From Phycisphaerales bacterium (GTDB lineage Bacteria; Planctomycetota; Phycisphaerae; Phycisphaerales; UBA1924), in the NCBI GenBank assembly GCA_040219675.1, contig JAVJRZ010000012.1, forward strand, positions 1,138-65,137: 64,000 nucleotides of DNA. Reading direction: 5' to 3'. How positions within the stretch are numbered: position 1 is the first letter of the stretch; the number at the start of each line of letters is the position of its first letter. This document shows positions 51,196 to 59,789 of this stretch, one piece after another. The position numbers were made by a program, and so were the translations under genes. A model generated the notes under the pieces. The model saw only the letters and a list, made by a program, of their open reading frames with translations, did not search any database and was not told the DNA's origin.

Positions 51196-51587
51196 GCGAC
51201 CAACCGCTCGCCAATCGCAAAACCCAGCGCCACCGCGGCAAAGCCCAGCACCAGGTGCAGCCCCACCGAGGCGAGCGCCACGCCCACCTTCCCCTCGCGC
51301 CACAGCACAAACGTCTCCACACCGAACGTGCTGTACGTCGTAAAGGCCCCCAGCGCCCCGACAACCACAAGCAGCCGGACGTGCCCCGCCGATCCACCCG
51401 CCTCGCGGGCCAGCAGCCAAGGCAGCACCAGACCGATGAGCAGGCATCCGGCAACATTCACCCCCAGCGTCGCGAGCGGCAGCGCCAGCGGGTGCTCCTT
51501 GAACAGCGCGATCGCCCCGCGCGCCACGCCATACCGCGCCGACGCGCCAACGGCGCCGCCCACCGCAACCGCAAGGATGTCCAGCAT
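51192..51587 (-). CDS. crcB: Fluoride ion channel CrcB/FluC
   Basis: GGAVGASARY, LATLGVNVAGCLLIG and FTTYSTF motifs. ATG 51587; an alternative GTG is at 51614. Confidence 0.88.
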   Translation of the reverse strand: MLDILAVAVGGAVGASARYGVARGAIALFKEHPLALPLATLGVNVAGCLLIGLVLPWLLAREAGGSAGHVRLLVVVGALGAFTTYSTFGVETFVLWREGKVGVALASVGLHLVLGFAAVALGFAIGERLVA

Positions 51588-51620
51588 GGCCTTCACCCGC
51601 TCGCCGTCAACCACGCGCCA

Positions 51621-52466
51621 CTAGCGCGGCTGCCGACCGGGCTCAACGCCACCCGAACCGGCGCCCGCCCCACCGCTTGCGCCAGCGCCCGGCGCCACCA
51701 GTTCATCCTCGCCCGGCAGCGGCGGGAAGAACCCATCAGGAACCTCCGCAGGCTCAAAGCGCACCCAGTCCACGCCCACCCGCGCCTCAACCTCGGGTGC
51801 CAGGAACGGCGGAAAATCGAACGGCCCACGCTCCAGACGATCCGGATTGTGCCGAACCATCGGCTCCAGCACCACGTGCGCTGTCCACCCCTGATCGCTG
51901 CCCGCCTCGGCCATGCGCCGGCCAACACGGCTCGGCACCGCGACCTCGATGGGCATCGACAACGCCGAGCCCGTCGCCGCATCGAACAACTGCACCCGCG
52001 CCGCCGCCCGCGCCGCCGAAGACCCGCTCGTGGGCATCTCCACCGACAGCACACGCACAAGCCACCGGCGCTCGCCCGCCAGCCCCTCGTTCATGCGATC
52101 CACCCAGACCTGCGCAGCACGCCGATACGCCGCCCGGTCCGCCTCGCTCTCGCGAGGCAGCGAGCCAAGCTCCAACCGCGCCCGACGCCGAAGCGTCTGC
52201 ATCGCCGCCAGCGGAGACGCCAGCGGGTCGTTCGGCTCGGCCAAGACCGGGTCCGGCGCCGAATACCCGAGATTCCGCAGCATCTCGATCGCCTCGGCCA
52301 GCCGCACCCGCAGCGCATCGCGCTCCCGCACCAGCTCGGCAACCCGCGCCTCGAGCGCCGCGATGCGGTCCTGCTCCGACTGCCCGGAATCGACAGGCCC
52401 GCCATCCTGCGCACACGTTACAGCGGCAAGCCCCACGCACGCCAGGACGGCAAGCCCGCGCCTCAC
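51621..52466 (-). CDS. Secreted hypothetical protein with an N-terminal coiled coil
   Basis: The GTG at 52466 gives the signal peptide VRRGLAVLACVGLAAVTCAQ and overlaps the hmgA stop (GTGA). Coiled-coil segment: RIAALEARVAELVRERDALRVRLAEAIEML. Confidence 0.55.
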   Translation of the reverse strand: MRRGLAVLACVGLAAVTCAQDGGPVDSGQSEQDRIAALEARVAELVRERDALRVRLAEAIEMLRNLGYSAPDPVLAEPNDPLASPLAAMQTLRRRARLELGSLPRESEADRAAYRRAAQVWVDRMNEGLAGERRWLVRVLSVEMPTSGSSAARAAARVQLFDAATGSALSMPIEVAVPSRVGRRMAEAGSDQGWTAHVVLEPMVRHNPDRLERGPFDFPPFLAPEVEARVGVDWVRFEPAEVPDGFFPPLPGEDELVAPGAGASGGAGAGSGGVEPGRQPR

Positions 52467-53794
52467 TTGTCCAGCCTCGCGCCGGCCGCCGGCGAGCCAG
52501 ACGCCGCGCCATGGGCGGCGCCGTTCGCGTGCCCGTTCGCGTGCGCATTGGGCGCCGGCGCATCGATCCACGAAGCCGGGTACTCATGATCGTCGATCGC
52601 CAGCGCCGCCTTCGTCGGATACATCGGGCGGAACGTATCGCACATCACCGCCAGCTCGTCCGTCCACTTCGCGCCCAGGCTCTTCTCGACGGTGCCGGGG
52701 TGCGGCCCGTGCGGAATGCCCTGCGGATGCAGCGTGATCGAGCCCTGCTCGATGCCACGACGCGCCTTGTAGTTGCCCTCGACGTAGTACAGGATCTCAT
52801 CGCTGTCCAGGTTGCTGTGGTTGTACGGCACCGGGATCGCCTCGGGGTGGAAGTCCAGCGCCCGCGGGCAGAACGAGCAGATCACGAAGTTGTGACCCTC
52901 GAACGTCTGGTGGATCGGCGGGGGCATATGCAACTGCCCCGTGATGGGCGCAAAATCATCGATGTTGAAGATGTACGGGTAATAGCAGCCGTCCCAGCCC
53001 ACGATGTCGCACGGGTGGTAGCTGTACACGTACGAGTGCACCGTGTCGCGCGCCTTGATCCGCACCTCGTACTCGCCAAGCTCATCGGTGAACAGCGGAT
53101 GCTCGTCGTCGGCAACCGGCAGCACCAGGTCGCGCTCGCAATACGGCGCGTGCTCCAGGAACTGGCTCGTCTGCTTGCTGAGGTACCGCGGCGGCGGCAG
53201 GATATGGCTCGCGTTGGCCGTCTCGAACAGCACGAACTTGCCAAACGGCATCTCGGCCTTGCTGTGCCCGCCGAACCGCTCCTCGTCCCCACTCTCGGGC
53301 CGCTCGTCCCATTCCATGTGGTAGATGATGCCCTTGGGGATCACGATGTAGTCCTTGGGGCCAAACTTCAGCGTGCCCATGAACGTCCGAACCGTGCCCG
53401 AGCCGAAGTGCACGAAGAAGCACTCGTCGCCCTGGCCGTTCTTGAAGTGGTACCCCATCCGCTCGGCCGGGTTGCACACCGCCATCTCGACGTCGCCGTT
53501 GCCAAACAGCACCACACGCCCCGTCACGCTGTCGCCCTTGGGCGGCGTGTGCTGGCCCCCGGTCTTCAGGTGCCGCATCCGCATCGTGTCCATCTCGACG
53601 TACTCGGGCTTGGTGCCATACAGGCTCTTCCACCCCGTCACCTGCGTCGGCGGGTGGATGTGGTACATCGTGCTGGTCGGCCCCACGAAGCCCTCGGTCC
53701 CGAAGAGCTCCTCAGAATAAAGCTTCCCATCAGGCCGGCGGAACTGCGTGTGCCGCTTCTTGGGCAGGTGTCCGAGCTTGGTGTAATAAGGCAT
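52463..53794 (-). CDS. hmgA: Homogentisate 1,2-dioxygenase family protein
   Basis: N-terminus MPYYTKLGHLPKKRHTQFRRPDGKLYSEELFGTEGF, and the cupin core NGQGDECFFVHFGSGT, YNHSNLDSDEILYYV. The ATG at 53794 is chosen over the 516-aa ORF. The C-terminal tail is His/Ala/Gly-rich. Confidence 0.85.
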   Translation of the reverse strand: MPYYTKLGHLPKKRHTQFRRPDGKLYSEELFGTEGFVGPTSTMYHIHPPTQVTGWKSLYGTKPEYVEMDTMRMRHLKTGGQHTPPKGDSVTGRVVLFGNGDVEMAVCNPAERMGYHFKNGQGDECFFVHFGSGTVRTFMGTLKFGPKDYIVIPKGIIYHMEWDERPESGDEERFGGHSKAEMPFGKFVLFETANASHILPPPRYLSKQTSQFLEHAPYCERDLVLPVADDEHPLFTDELGEYEVRIKARDTVHSYVYSYHPCDIVGWDGCYYPYIFNIDDFAPITGQLHMPPPIHQTFEGHNFVICSFCPRALDFHPEAIPVPYNHSNLDSDEILYYVEGNYKARRGIEQGSITLHPQGIPHGPHPGTVEKSLGAKWTDELAVMCDTFRPMYPTKAALAIDDHEYPASWIDAPAPNAHANGHANGAAHGAASGSPAAGARLDK

Positions 53795-54065
53795 AGGTTC
53801 GGGTTCCCTTCGGAGGCGCGCGACCACCCGCACGCCGCAATGGGGTGGCCACCACCCGCCAAATGGCCGCAAAAGCCCGGCGGGCTGCGTCTGCACCCAC
53901 ACCATTGTATACGAAGCCCGCGGATCGTCGGTTGGGGACCACCCACCACGCAGGCACACCGCTCGGACGCTCCGTTCGGACCACCGCCACGCCGCCCCAG
54001 AGGCCAAAGACACCTCGGAACAACCAACCGGCTATACTATTGCGATCGATTTATCACTTTCTCAA

Positions 54066-54296
54066 ATGGGGCCCCAAATGACCACCAACTGCCCGCACTG
54101 CGCCACCAGTTCCATCGGGACCGACGCCGCCTCGATCTGCACCCACTGCGGAGCCACAACCGTGGCCGGCGCCAGCGTCGCCCTGCAAGCCGTGCTGCTC
54201 ACGGTGTTCCTCGCGGCCGGCGCGGTCGCCGCCGCACGCTTCGCATCCAAGCGCGCGGGCATCACGCTGCCGGTGCGCCGCCCCGCTTCGCTGTAG
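54066..54296 (+). CDS. Small zinc-ribbon plus single-TM protein
   Basis: CPHC...CTHC, then the hydrophobic helix VALQAVLLTVFLAAGAVAAA. An unusually AT-rich stretch lies upstream. An alternative ATG is at 54078. Confidence 0.5.
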   Translation: MGPQMTTNCPHCATSSIGTDAASICTHCGATTVAGASVALQAVLLTVFLAAGAVAAARFASKRAGITLPVRRPASL

Positions 54297-54300
54297 CGCG

Positions 54301-55242
54301 ATGCCCACGTCGCATGCCAGGGTTCGGCGATCCGCACGCCGCCAAGTCACCATCCGCATCGCAGCTTGCGTGCTGGCGGCCGGCGGCATGTTCGCCGGCG
54401 CCTGCACCGCCACGAACACGCAACACACCAATACAGCATCGGTCGCTGGAACCGAATCCAGCATCCACTCGTCGTCCCTGCTGCGTGCGGCGACCGACCA
54501 TGAAGCGCTCTACACACTCGCGGGTGGCCTCAAGCCCATGAGCACCGGAATCTGGAGCAGCAGCTTCCGCGTCGATGAGCCCGACCTGACCGAGCTGCGC
54601 CACGCCCGAGCCGCGCTCGCCCCGCTGCGCAACCAACTCTGGTATGCCGACATCCAAGTCTTCGACAACATCCACGACGGCTCGCGCTCGGCCCATGCCT
54701 TCATCGTCCATCGAGCGGCATTGTCACGCATGATGGAACGCTACAACGAGTTCTGGAGCGCCTGGGGCATCACGCCCTGCACCCACCCCGCAGAGATCGT
54801 TGCCGTGGTCGATCGCATGCCCAGGCCCGACCGCTGGCGGGCCTACGGCTACCTCTTCGGCTACCCCGCCTACGCAGTCGACTTCTTCGTCCAAGCCGGC
54901 CTCGCCGCCCAGGACGGCCGCGACGTCGGCCCGGGCAAGGACCGCCAGTTCATCCATATCCCAACGTACGCGGCCGACACCGGACGCTTCACATACGCCG
55001 TCCCGCTCGATCACACCCAGTCGGCGGCAGACGAAGCGATCGCGCACGAAGCGGCACGCATCCTCGCGGCGTACACCGAGCAAAGGGACCGCATGGGCGA
55101 CGCGAGGGGCATGATCCGCGAACTCGAGAGAATGAACCGCCGATTCAAACCCTCGGCGGCACGGGCCGCAGAGGCCGCGAGCAAGGCCGAACCCGAGGCA
55201 GCCCTGGGAGGAACCACCGATGCAGTTCTGGACGCTCGATGA
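54301..55242 (+). CDS. Putative lipoprotein, function unknown
   Basis: Lipobox-like AAGGMFAGAC after a basic N-region. No family recognised. Confidence 0.55.
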   Translation: MPTSHARVRRSARRQVTIRIAACVLAAGGMFAGACTATNTQHTNTASVAGTESSIHSSSLLRAATDHEALYTLAGGLKPMSTGIWSSSFRVDEPDLTELRHARAALAPLRNQLWYADIQVFDNIHDGSRSAHAFIVHRAALSRMMERYNEFWSAWGITPCTHPAEIVAVVDRMPRPDRWRAYGYLFGYPAYAVDFFVQAGLAAQDGRDVGPGKDRQFIHIPTYAADTGRFTYAVPLDHTQSAADEAIAHEAARILAAYTEQRDRMGDARGMIRELERMNRRFKPSAARAAEAASKAEPEAALGGTTDAVLDAR

Positions 55243-56044
55243 GATCGAACAGCACGCCATAGCCGACCACGAGGTCGGCGAAGAGATCGCCCCCGGCGTG
55301 ACCATCACCCGCCGACGCATCCTCCAGGTCGGCCTCGCCGGCGCTATCGGCCTGAGCGCCGCGGGCGTGCTCGCGGGCTGCGCATCAAGGGCAAAGCCCG
55401 TCGCCACCAGCGAATCCGACGCGGCGCCCCTGACCATCGACCAGCTCATGGCCGATCTGCGACCTCGCGCCCAGAAGATGATCGCTTCGGACAATCCCGA
55501 CGAGACGTCCTACCTCGCCGCCGTTTCGATGCTCCTCTCCCGCTACCAGCCCGAGGAGCCATGGCGCCTCCGCGACCCCGGCGAGCGCGGCTTCAGCATC
55601 AACACGCTGGGCTGGATGCCGCCGGTGGTCGTCTTCGACATCCGCATGGAGCCGGGCTCGACAATCCACCTGCACGATCACCGCCACTACAACGGCGTGC
55701 TCCAGTGCCTGGAGGGCGAGGTGCGGTGCCGCAACTTCGATATCGTTACCGAAGCAACCCAGCCCGGTGCGCCGGCCCTCGACATCGCCGCGGGCGAAGT
55801 ACCACCCGTGGGCGAGGACTTCCTCATCCGCCAGACCGCAGACGCCGTGCTCAAACGCGGGCAGCTCTCGACGCTCTCCCGAGACCGCGACAACATCCAC
55901 CACGTCGAGGCCGGCCCCGACGGCTGCAAACTGGCCGACGTGTTCACATACTTCCGGCGAGAAGCCCGCTCCTACGAACTCGCCTGGGACGCCAAACCCA
56001 CCACGCGCAACGGCGATACTTATCAGGTCGCCTGGAAGGCCTGA
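55220..56044 (+). CDS. Tat-signal, lipobox-bearing cupin protein (cysteine-dioxygenase-type fold)
   Basis: Twin-arginine motif TRRRILQVGLAGA, then LAGC. Cupin His cluster: TIHLHDHRHYNGVLQCLEGE. Confidence 0.6.
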   Translation: MQFWTLDEIEQHAIADHEVGEEIAPGVTITRRRILQVGLAGAIGLSAAGVLAGCASRAKPVATSESDAAPLTIDQLMADLRPRAQKMIASDNPDETSYLAAVSMLLSRYQPEEPWRLRDPGERGFSINTLGWMPPVVVFDIRMEPGSTIHLHDHRHYNGVLQCLEGEVRCRNFDIVTEATQPGAPALDIAAGEVPPVGEDFLIRQTADAVLKRGQLSTLSRDRDNIHHVEAGPDGCKLADVFTYFRREARSYELAWDAKPTTRNGDTYQVAWKA

Positions 56045-56108
56045 AACCAGAACAGCCCGGCCTGCCCGCCCAGCAGGAATCTGACCGGCGTGCGAACCCA
56101 AGCCGCCT

Positions 56109-56570
56109 TCACCCCGCCCCAGTGAGCATCGCCTCAACGTCAGCCACGCTCTCCAGCACCAGCCCCCGCTCGTCCTCCCCGGGCATACGGCAGGCCTCCC
56201 GCTTCCCAAACAGCCGGTAGCGGTGCCGCGCGAACAGCCGGTAGGCCCAGTCCCGCAGCGGCCTGGGCACAACCCACAGCACCAACGCCACCGACCATGG
56301 AAGCCCCAGCACCCGCGCGATCCCGAGCGCCGCGTCGCTGTGCACCCGCGCCAGGTCGCCATCGATCAGCACCACCGAGTCCACGTCGTCGGGCACGCCA
56401 AAGGCCCGAACCAACGCTTGCCCAGCCTCGCTCTGCAACGCCGCAAACCGCAGCCGTCCGCGCCGGTCCAGCCGCATCAACAGCCCCACCGTGCCATCAC
56501 AAAAAGCGCACAGCCCATCGAAGAGCACGATGGGCCGCTCGGCAACAAGTTGCGCTCCAGGCTCGGGCAT
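56109..56570 (-). CDS. DCC-family thiol-disulfide oxidoreductase (DUF393)
   Basis: VLFDGLCAFCDGTV CxxC motif near the N-terminus. ATG at 56570. The longer ORF runs through the tRNA. Confidence 0.8.
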   Translation of the reverse strand: MPEPGAQLVAERPIVLFDGLCAFCDGTVGLLMRLDRRGRLRFAALQSEAGQALVRAFGVPDDVDSVVLIDGDLARVHSDAALGIARVLGLPWSVALVLWVVPRPLRDWAYRLFARHRYRLFGKREACRMPGEDERGLVLESVADVEAMLTGAG

Positions 56571-56614
56571 CCGCGCAATCGCTGCGCCGGCTCGCGCAGC
56601 CAAGTCCCCCAAAA

Positions 56615-56687
56615 AGCCGCCTGTCGGACTCGAACCGACGACCTGCGGTTTACAAAACCGCTGCTCTACCAACTGAGCTAAGGCGGC
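56615..56687 (-). tRNA. tRNA-Thr (anticodon TGT)
   Basis: Hand-folded: acceptor GCCGCCT/AGGCGGC, D arm GCTC-AGTTGGTA-GAGC, anticodon stem GCGGT/ACCGC with loop TTTGTAA, T arm GTCGG-TTCGAGT-CCGAC. Confidence 0.9.
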
Positions 56688-56723
56688 AAACCTTCGCGCC
56701 CGAACAAAAACAAGGCTTTTCCC

Positions 56724-56741
56724 TTGGCACGCCGCTTGAGT
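56724..56741 (+). promoter_or_regulatory. Sigma-54-like -24/-12 element upstream of the flgF unit
   Basis: TTGGCACGCCGCTTGAG is compared with the consensus TGGCACG-N4-TTGC. A near-identical copy lies at 58704. Confidence 0.45.
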
Positions 56742-56817
56742 GTATCCGCCCCGCCAACACCCCGAGCACCACCCGTGCGCACGAAGCACGCCCCGCCACC
56801 AACCGGAGACGCAGAAC

Positions 56818-57039
56818 ATGCGCCAGGCCTTACCCCAACGCCGCACGCAGCACACCCAGGCCACCCGACCGAGCGGCGCAGCCAACCTCTCCGGGCTCGA
56901 CCTCGAGCGCATGCTCCGATCGGGCCAGATCGCCGGCCAGGCCCTGGGCCTGCTCCAACTCGTCGCCGCCAGCCAGCAGCAAACCCCCGCCGGCCAGCCG
57001 AGCCCGAGCCCCTGCCGCACCATGCCGGAGGCCAACTGA
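56818..57039 (+). CDS. Candidate small protein (73 aa) abutting flgF
   Basis: The ATG is preceded by GGAGAC. G/C dominates the third codon position. The stop TGA is immediately followed by the flgF ATG (TGAATG). No family recognised. Confidence 0.4.
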   Translation: MRQALPQRRTQHTQATRPSGAANLSGLDLERMLRSGQIAGQALGLLQLVAASQQQTPAGQPSPSPCRTMPEAN

Positions 57040-57828
57040 ATGCAGCACGGCATGCGGATCGCCGCCTCGGGCGCCATGGTCTCGCTCTACCGCACCGACG
57101 TCCTGGCGGCCAACCTGGCCAACGTCAACACCGTCGCCTTCAAGCCCGACAGCGCCACAACCCAGAGCCGCCTGGTCGCCCGCGAAGAAGACAACATCCC
57201 CTTCATGCCCAGCAACCCGCTGCTCGAGCAACTCGGCGCCGGAGTCCTCGCCGGCCCGCGGCGGACCTCCTTCGAGCAGGGACCCCTCCAGACCACCGGC
57301 AACGACCTCGACCTCGCCATCGAGGGCGACGGCTTCTTCCTCGTCGCCGTCCAGACGCCCCAGGGCGAGCAAACCCGCCTCACCCGCGACGGCCGGTTCA
57401 CCCGCGACGACATGGGCCGACTCGTCCAGAGCGCCACCGGTATGCCCGTGCTCGGCCCGGGCGGAGCCCCCATCACCCTGCCCGAGGGGCCCGTCACCAT
57501 CGACCACTTCGGCGTGATGCACGACGCCGAGGGCAACCCCCTCGCCCAACTCGCCATCGCCGCCCCAGCCGACACCAGCCAGCTCCGCAAGCTGGGCGAA
57601 GGCCTCTACGACGCCCCGCCCCAGGTCCTCGCCGCCGCCAACAGCCAGCCGCTGACCACCAGCATCCGCGTCCACCAGGGCATGCTCGAGGGCTCGGCCG
57701 TCGACCCCGTCCGGGCCATGATGGACATCACCCAGGCGGGCCGATCCGTCGGCAGCAACTCCCGCATGATCGGCTACCACGACCAGCTCCTCGACCAGGC
57801 CATCAACACCTTCGCCCGCGTCGGCTAA
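57040..57828 (+). CDS. flgF: Flagellar basal-body rod protein FlgF
   Basis: N-terminal rod motif RTDVLAANLANVNTVAFK and the C-terminal Flg_bbr_C-like LEGSAVDPVRAMMDITQAGRS. Confidence 0.88.
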   Translation: MQHGMRIAASGAMVSLYRTDVLAANLANVNTVAFKPDSATTQSRLVAREEDNIPFMPSNPLLEQLGAGVLAGPRRTSFEQGPLQTTGNDLDLAIEGDGFFLVAVQTPQGEQTRLTRDGRFTRDDMGRLVQSATGMPVLGPGGAPITLPEGPVTIDHFGVMHDAEGNPLAQLAIAAPADTSQLRKLGEGLYDAPPQVLAAANSQPLTTSIRVHQGMLEGSAVDPVRAMMDITQAGRSVGSNSRMIGYHDQLLDQAINTFARVG

Positions 57829-57864
57829 GCCCACCCACGCCAGCACTCCGGAGACCTCCACACC

Positions 57865-58677
57865 ATGGCCGCCATCGCACTCCAATCCGCCGCCTCGGGC
57901 CTCAGCGCCCTCTCCACCAAGCTCGACGTCGTCGCCAACAATCTGGCCAACGTCAACACCGAGGGCTTCAAGGCCAGCCGAGCAAACTTCCAGGACCTCC
58001 TCTACGTCGAACGCGAGCAGCCCGGCGTCGAGACCGCCACCGGCGACCAACGACCCACCGGCCTCTACGTCGGCCTGGGCGTCAAGGTCAGCGGCACCCA
58101 GGTCAACTTCGAGCAGGGCGCCCCCATCACCACCGGCAACGACCTGGACTTCTTCATCGAAGGCGACGGCTTCTTCAAGGTCTCCGTCGAAGACAGCGTC
58201 GCCCCCGGCGGCGTCGCCTACACCCGCGCCGGCAACTTCGCCCTCAACGCCGACGGCGAAATCGTCCTGGCCAACAGCGAGGGCCGACGCCTCGAGCCAG
58301 TCATCTCCATCCCCGACGACGCCATCCGACCCATCCAGGTCTCCGCCGACGGCCGCGTCCTCGTCCGACAGGCCGGCAGCGAGGCCCTCACCGAGGTCGG
58401 CCAGCTCGACCTGGCCACCTTCATCAACCCCGCCGGCCTCAAGCAACTGGGCGCCAACCTCTTCGCCGAAACCGTCGCCAGCGGCGCACCCCAGGAGGGC
58501 GCACCCCTCGAAGACAACCGCGGCGGCATCCGCCAGAACATGCTCGAGTCCAGCAACGTCGACCCCACGCGCGAGCTCATCGAGCTCATCCGAACCCAGC
58601 GTGCCTTCGAGATGAACAGCCAGTCCATCCGCACCGCCGACGAGGCCCTCTCCACCATCTCCCAGCTCCGCCGCTAA
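57865..58677 (+). CDS. flgG: Flagellar distal rod protein FlgG
   Basis: LDVVANNLANVNTEGFK ... LESSNVDPTRELIELIRTQRAFEMNSQSIRTADE. Confidence 0.93.
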   Translation: MAAIALQSAASGLSALSTKLDVVANNLANVNTEGFKASRANFQDLLYVEREQPGVETATGDQRPTGLYVGLGVKVSGTQVNFEQGAPITTGNDLDFFIEGDGFFKVSVEDSVAPGGVAYTRAGNFALNADGEIVLANSEGRRLEPVISIPDDAIRPIQVSADGRVLVRQAGSEALTEVGQLDLATFINPAGLKQLGANLFAETVASGAPQEGAPLEDNRGGIRQNMLESSNVDPTRELIELIRTQRAFEMNSQSIRTADEALSTISQLRR

Positions 58678-58703
58678 CGCGCAACCAACGCCGGGCAACC
58701 CGC

Positions 58704-58721
58704 TTGGCACGCCAGTTGAGG
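58704..58721 (+). promoter_or_regulatory. Sigma-54-like -24/-12 element upstream of flgA
   Basis: TTGGCACGCCAGTTGAG lies about 25 nt before the flgA ATG, with GGAGG between them. It matches the 56724 element at 15 of 17 positions. Confidence 0.45.
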
Positions 58722-58742
58722 ATGGTTCACCGGAGGCCATCC

Positions 58743-59789
58743 ATGCGCACCTTCGAAACCATCCTCGCTTCGCTCGTCTGGGCCACCGTCGCCCTCGCCG
58801 CCGTCGATTCCGACGCGAGCGCCGACACAAGCACCATCACGCTGCGCTCCACAGTCCTCTTGCAGCAAGGCCAGCCCGCCACCCTCGCCGACATCGCCCA
58901 CCTCGCCGGCGAAGAGGCCCTCCGCCTCGCCCAGACCCCCATCGACACCACCACCCTCCGCCCCGATCCCGCCGGCTGGCGCAAGATCGACGCGCAGGCC
59001 CTGCGCACCATCCTCGAACCCCACGACCCCATGTGGGGCGCCATCCAGCTCCGCGCAGGCCCCACCTACATCCGCACCTTCGCCGCGCCAACCCAAAGCC
59101 CCGACCAGGCCCCAGAGCCGCCCACCGCCAACAGCCCGGCCGCTCCCGGCACCGTCCGCCAACTCGCCGAGCACCACATCGCCCGCGTCTTCAAGACCGA
59201 TCCCAAGGACCTCCAGGTCCTCTGGGTCGAGGCCACCGAGGGCCTGCTGGACCACAGCACCAAGGACCTGCTGCCACACATCGACGACGCCGGCCGCTCC
59301 GACCGCATGGCCCTGCGCATCACCCTCTACGACCGAGAGGCCAACGTCATCGCCGAAGGCAGCGCCCGCGCCCAGGTCCGCATCCGCCGAGACGTCGCCG
59401 TCCTGAGCAACGACGTCCCGCGCCGACGCATCATCACCCCCACCGACTTCCGCATCGAACGACGCTGGACCGACGCCACCGAGAGTCCCGCCGACACCAC
59501 CACCGTCGCCGGCCGAGAGGCCGCCTCGAACCTCAAGGCCGGCCAGCCCATCCGAGAGTCCGACGTCCACACCCGCGTCGCCGTCAAGCGCGGCGACCGC
59601 GTCCAGATCCGCATCATCACACCCACCGTCACCGCCTCGCTGCTCGCGCGAGCCCTGCGCGACGCACGCATCGGCGAGACCATCGAGTTTGAGTCCATCG
59701 CACCCAGCCGCGCCGACCGCCTCCGCTTCGAGGCGCGCGTCGACAGCGCAGGCTCGGCGGTGGCCGTCGCCGGAGGCCTTTCGCGATGA
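58743..59789 (+). CDS. flgA: Flagellar P-ring assembly chaperone FlgA (long form)
   Basis: Signal peptide, then the C-terminal SAF/FlgA region: AGQPIRESDVHTRVAVKRGDRVQIRI...RIGETIEFES. At 348 aa it is longer than typical FlgA proteins. Confidence 0.8.
   Translation: MRTFETILASLVWATVALAAVDSDASADTSTITLRSTVLLQQGQPATLADIAHLAGEEALRLAQTPIDTTTLRPDPAGWRKIDAQALRTILEPHDPMWGAIQLRAGPTYIRTFAAPTQSPDQAPEPPTANSPAAPGTVRQLAEHHIARVFKTDPKDLQVLWVEATEGLLDHSTKDLLPHIDDAGRSDRMALRITLYDREANVIAEGSARAQVRIRRDVAVLSNDVPRRRIITPTDFRIERRWTDATESPADTTTVAGREAASNLKAGQPIRESDVHTRVAVKRGDRVQIRIITPTVTASLLARALRDARIGETIEFESIAPSRADRLRFEARVDSAGSAVAVAGGLSR

Noticed and set aside
51588-51620. Possible fluoride riboswitch upstream of crcB
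   Set aside because: Only 33 nt separate crcB from the preceding gene's stop. There is no room for the roughly 50-nt crcB motif and no matching pseudoknot sequence.
51677-54541. 954-aa plus-strand ORF
   Set aside because: It is antisense to hmgA and the coiled-coil protein gene. Its product is extremely R/P/A-rich.
56571-57077. Extension of the DCC oxidoreductase ORF to 322 aa
   Set aside because: The extension runs straight through tRNA-Thr (56615..56687). The conserved CxxC N-terminus starts at the ATG at 56570.
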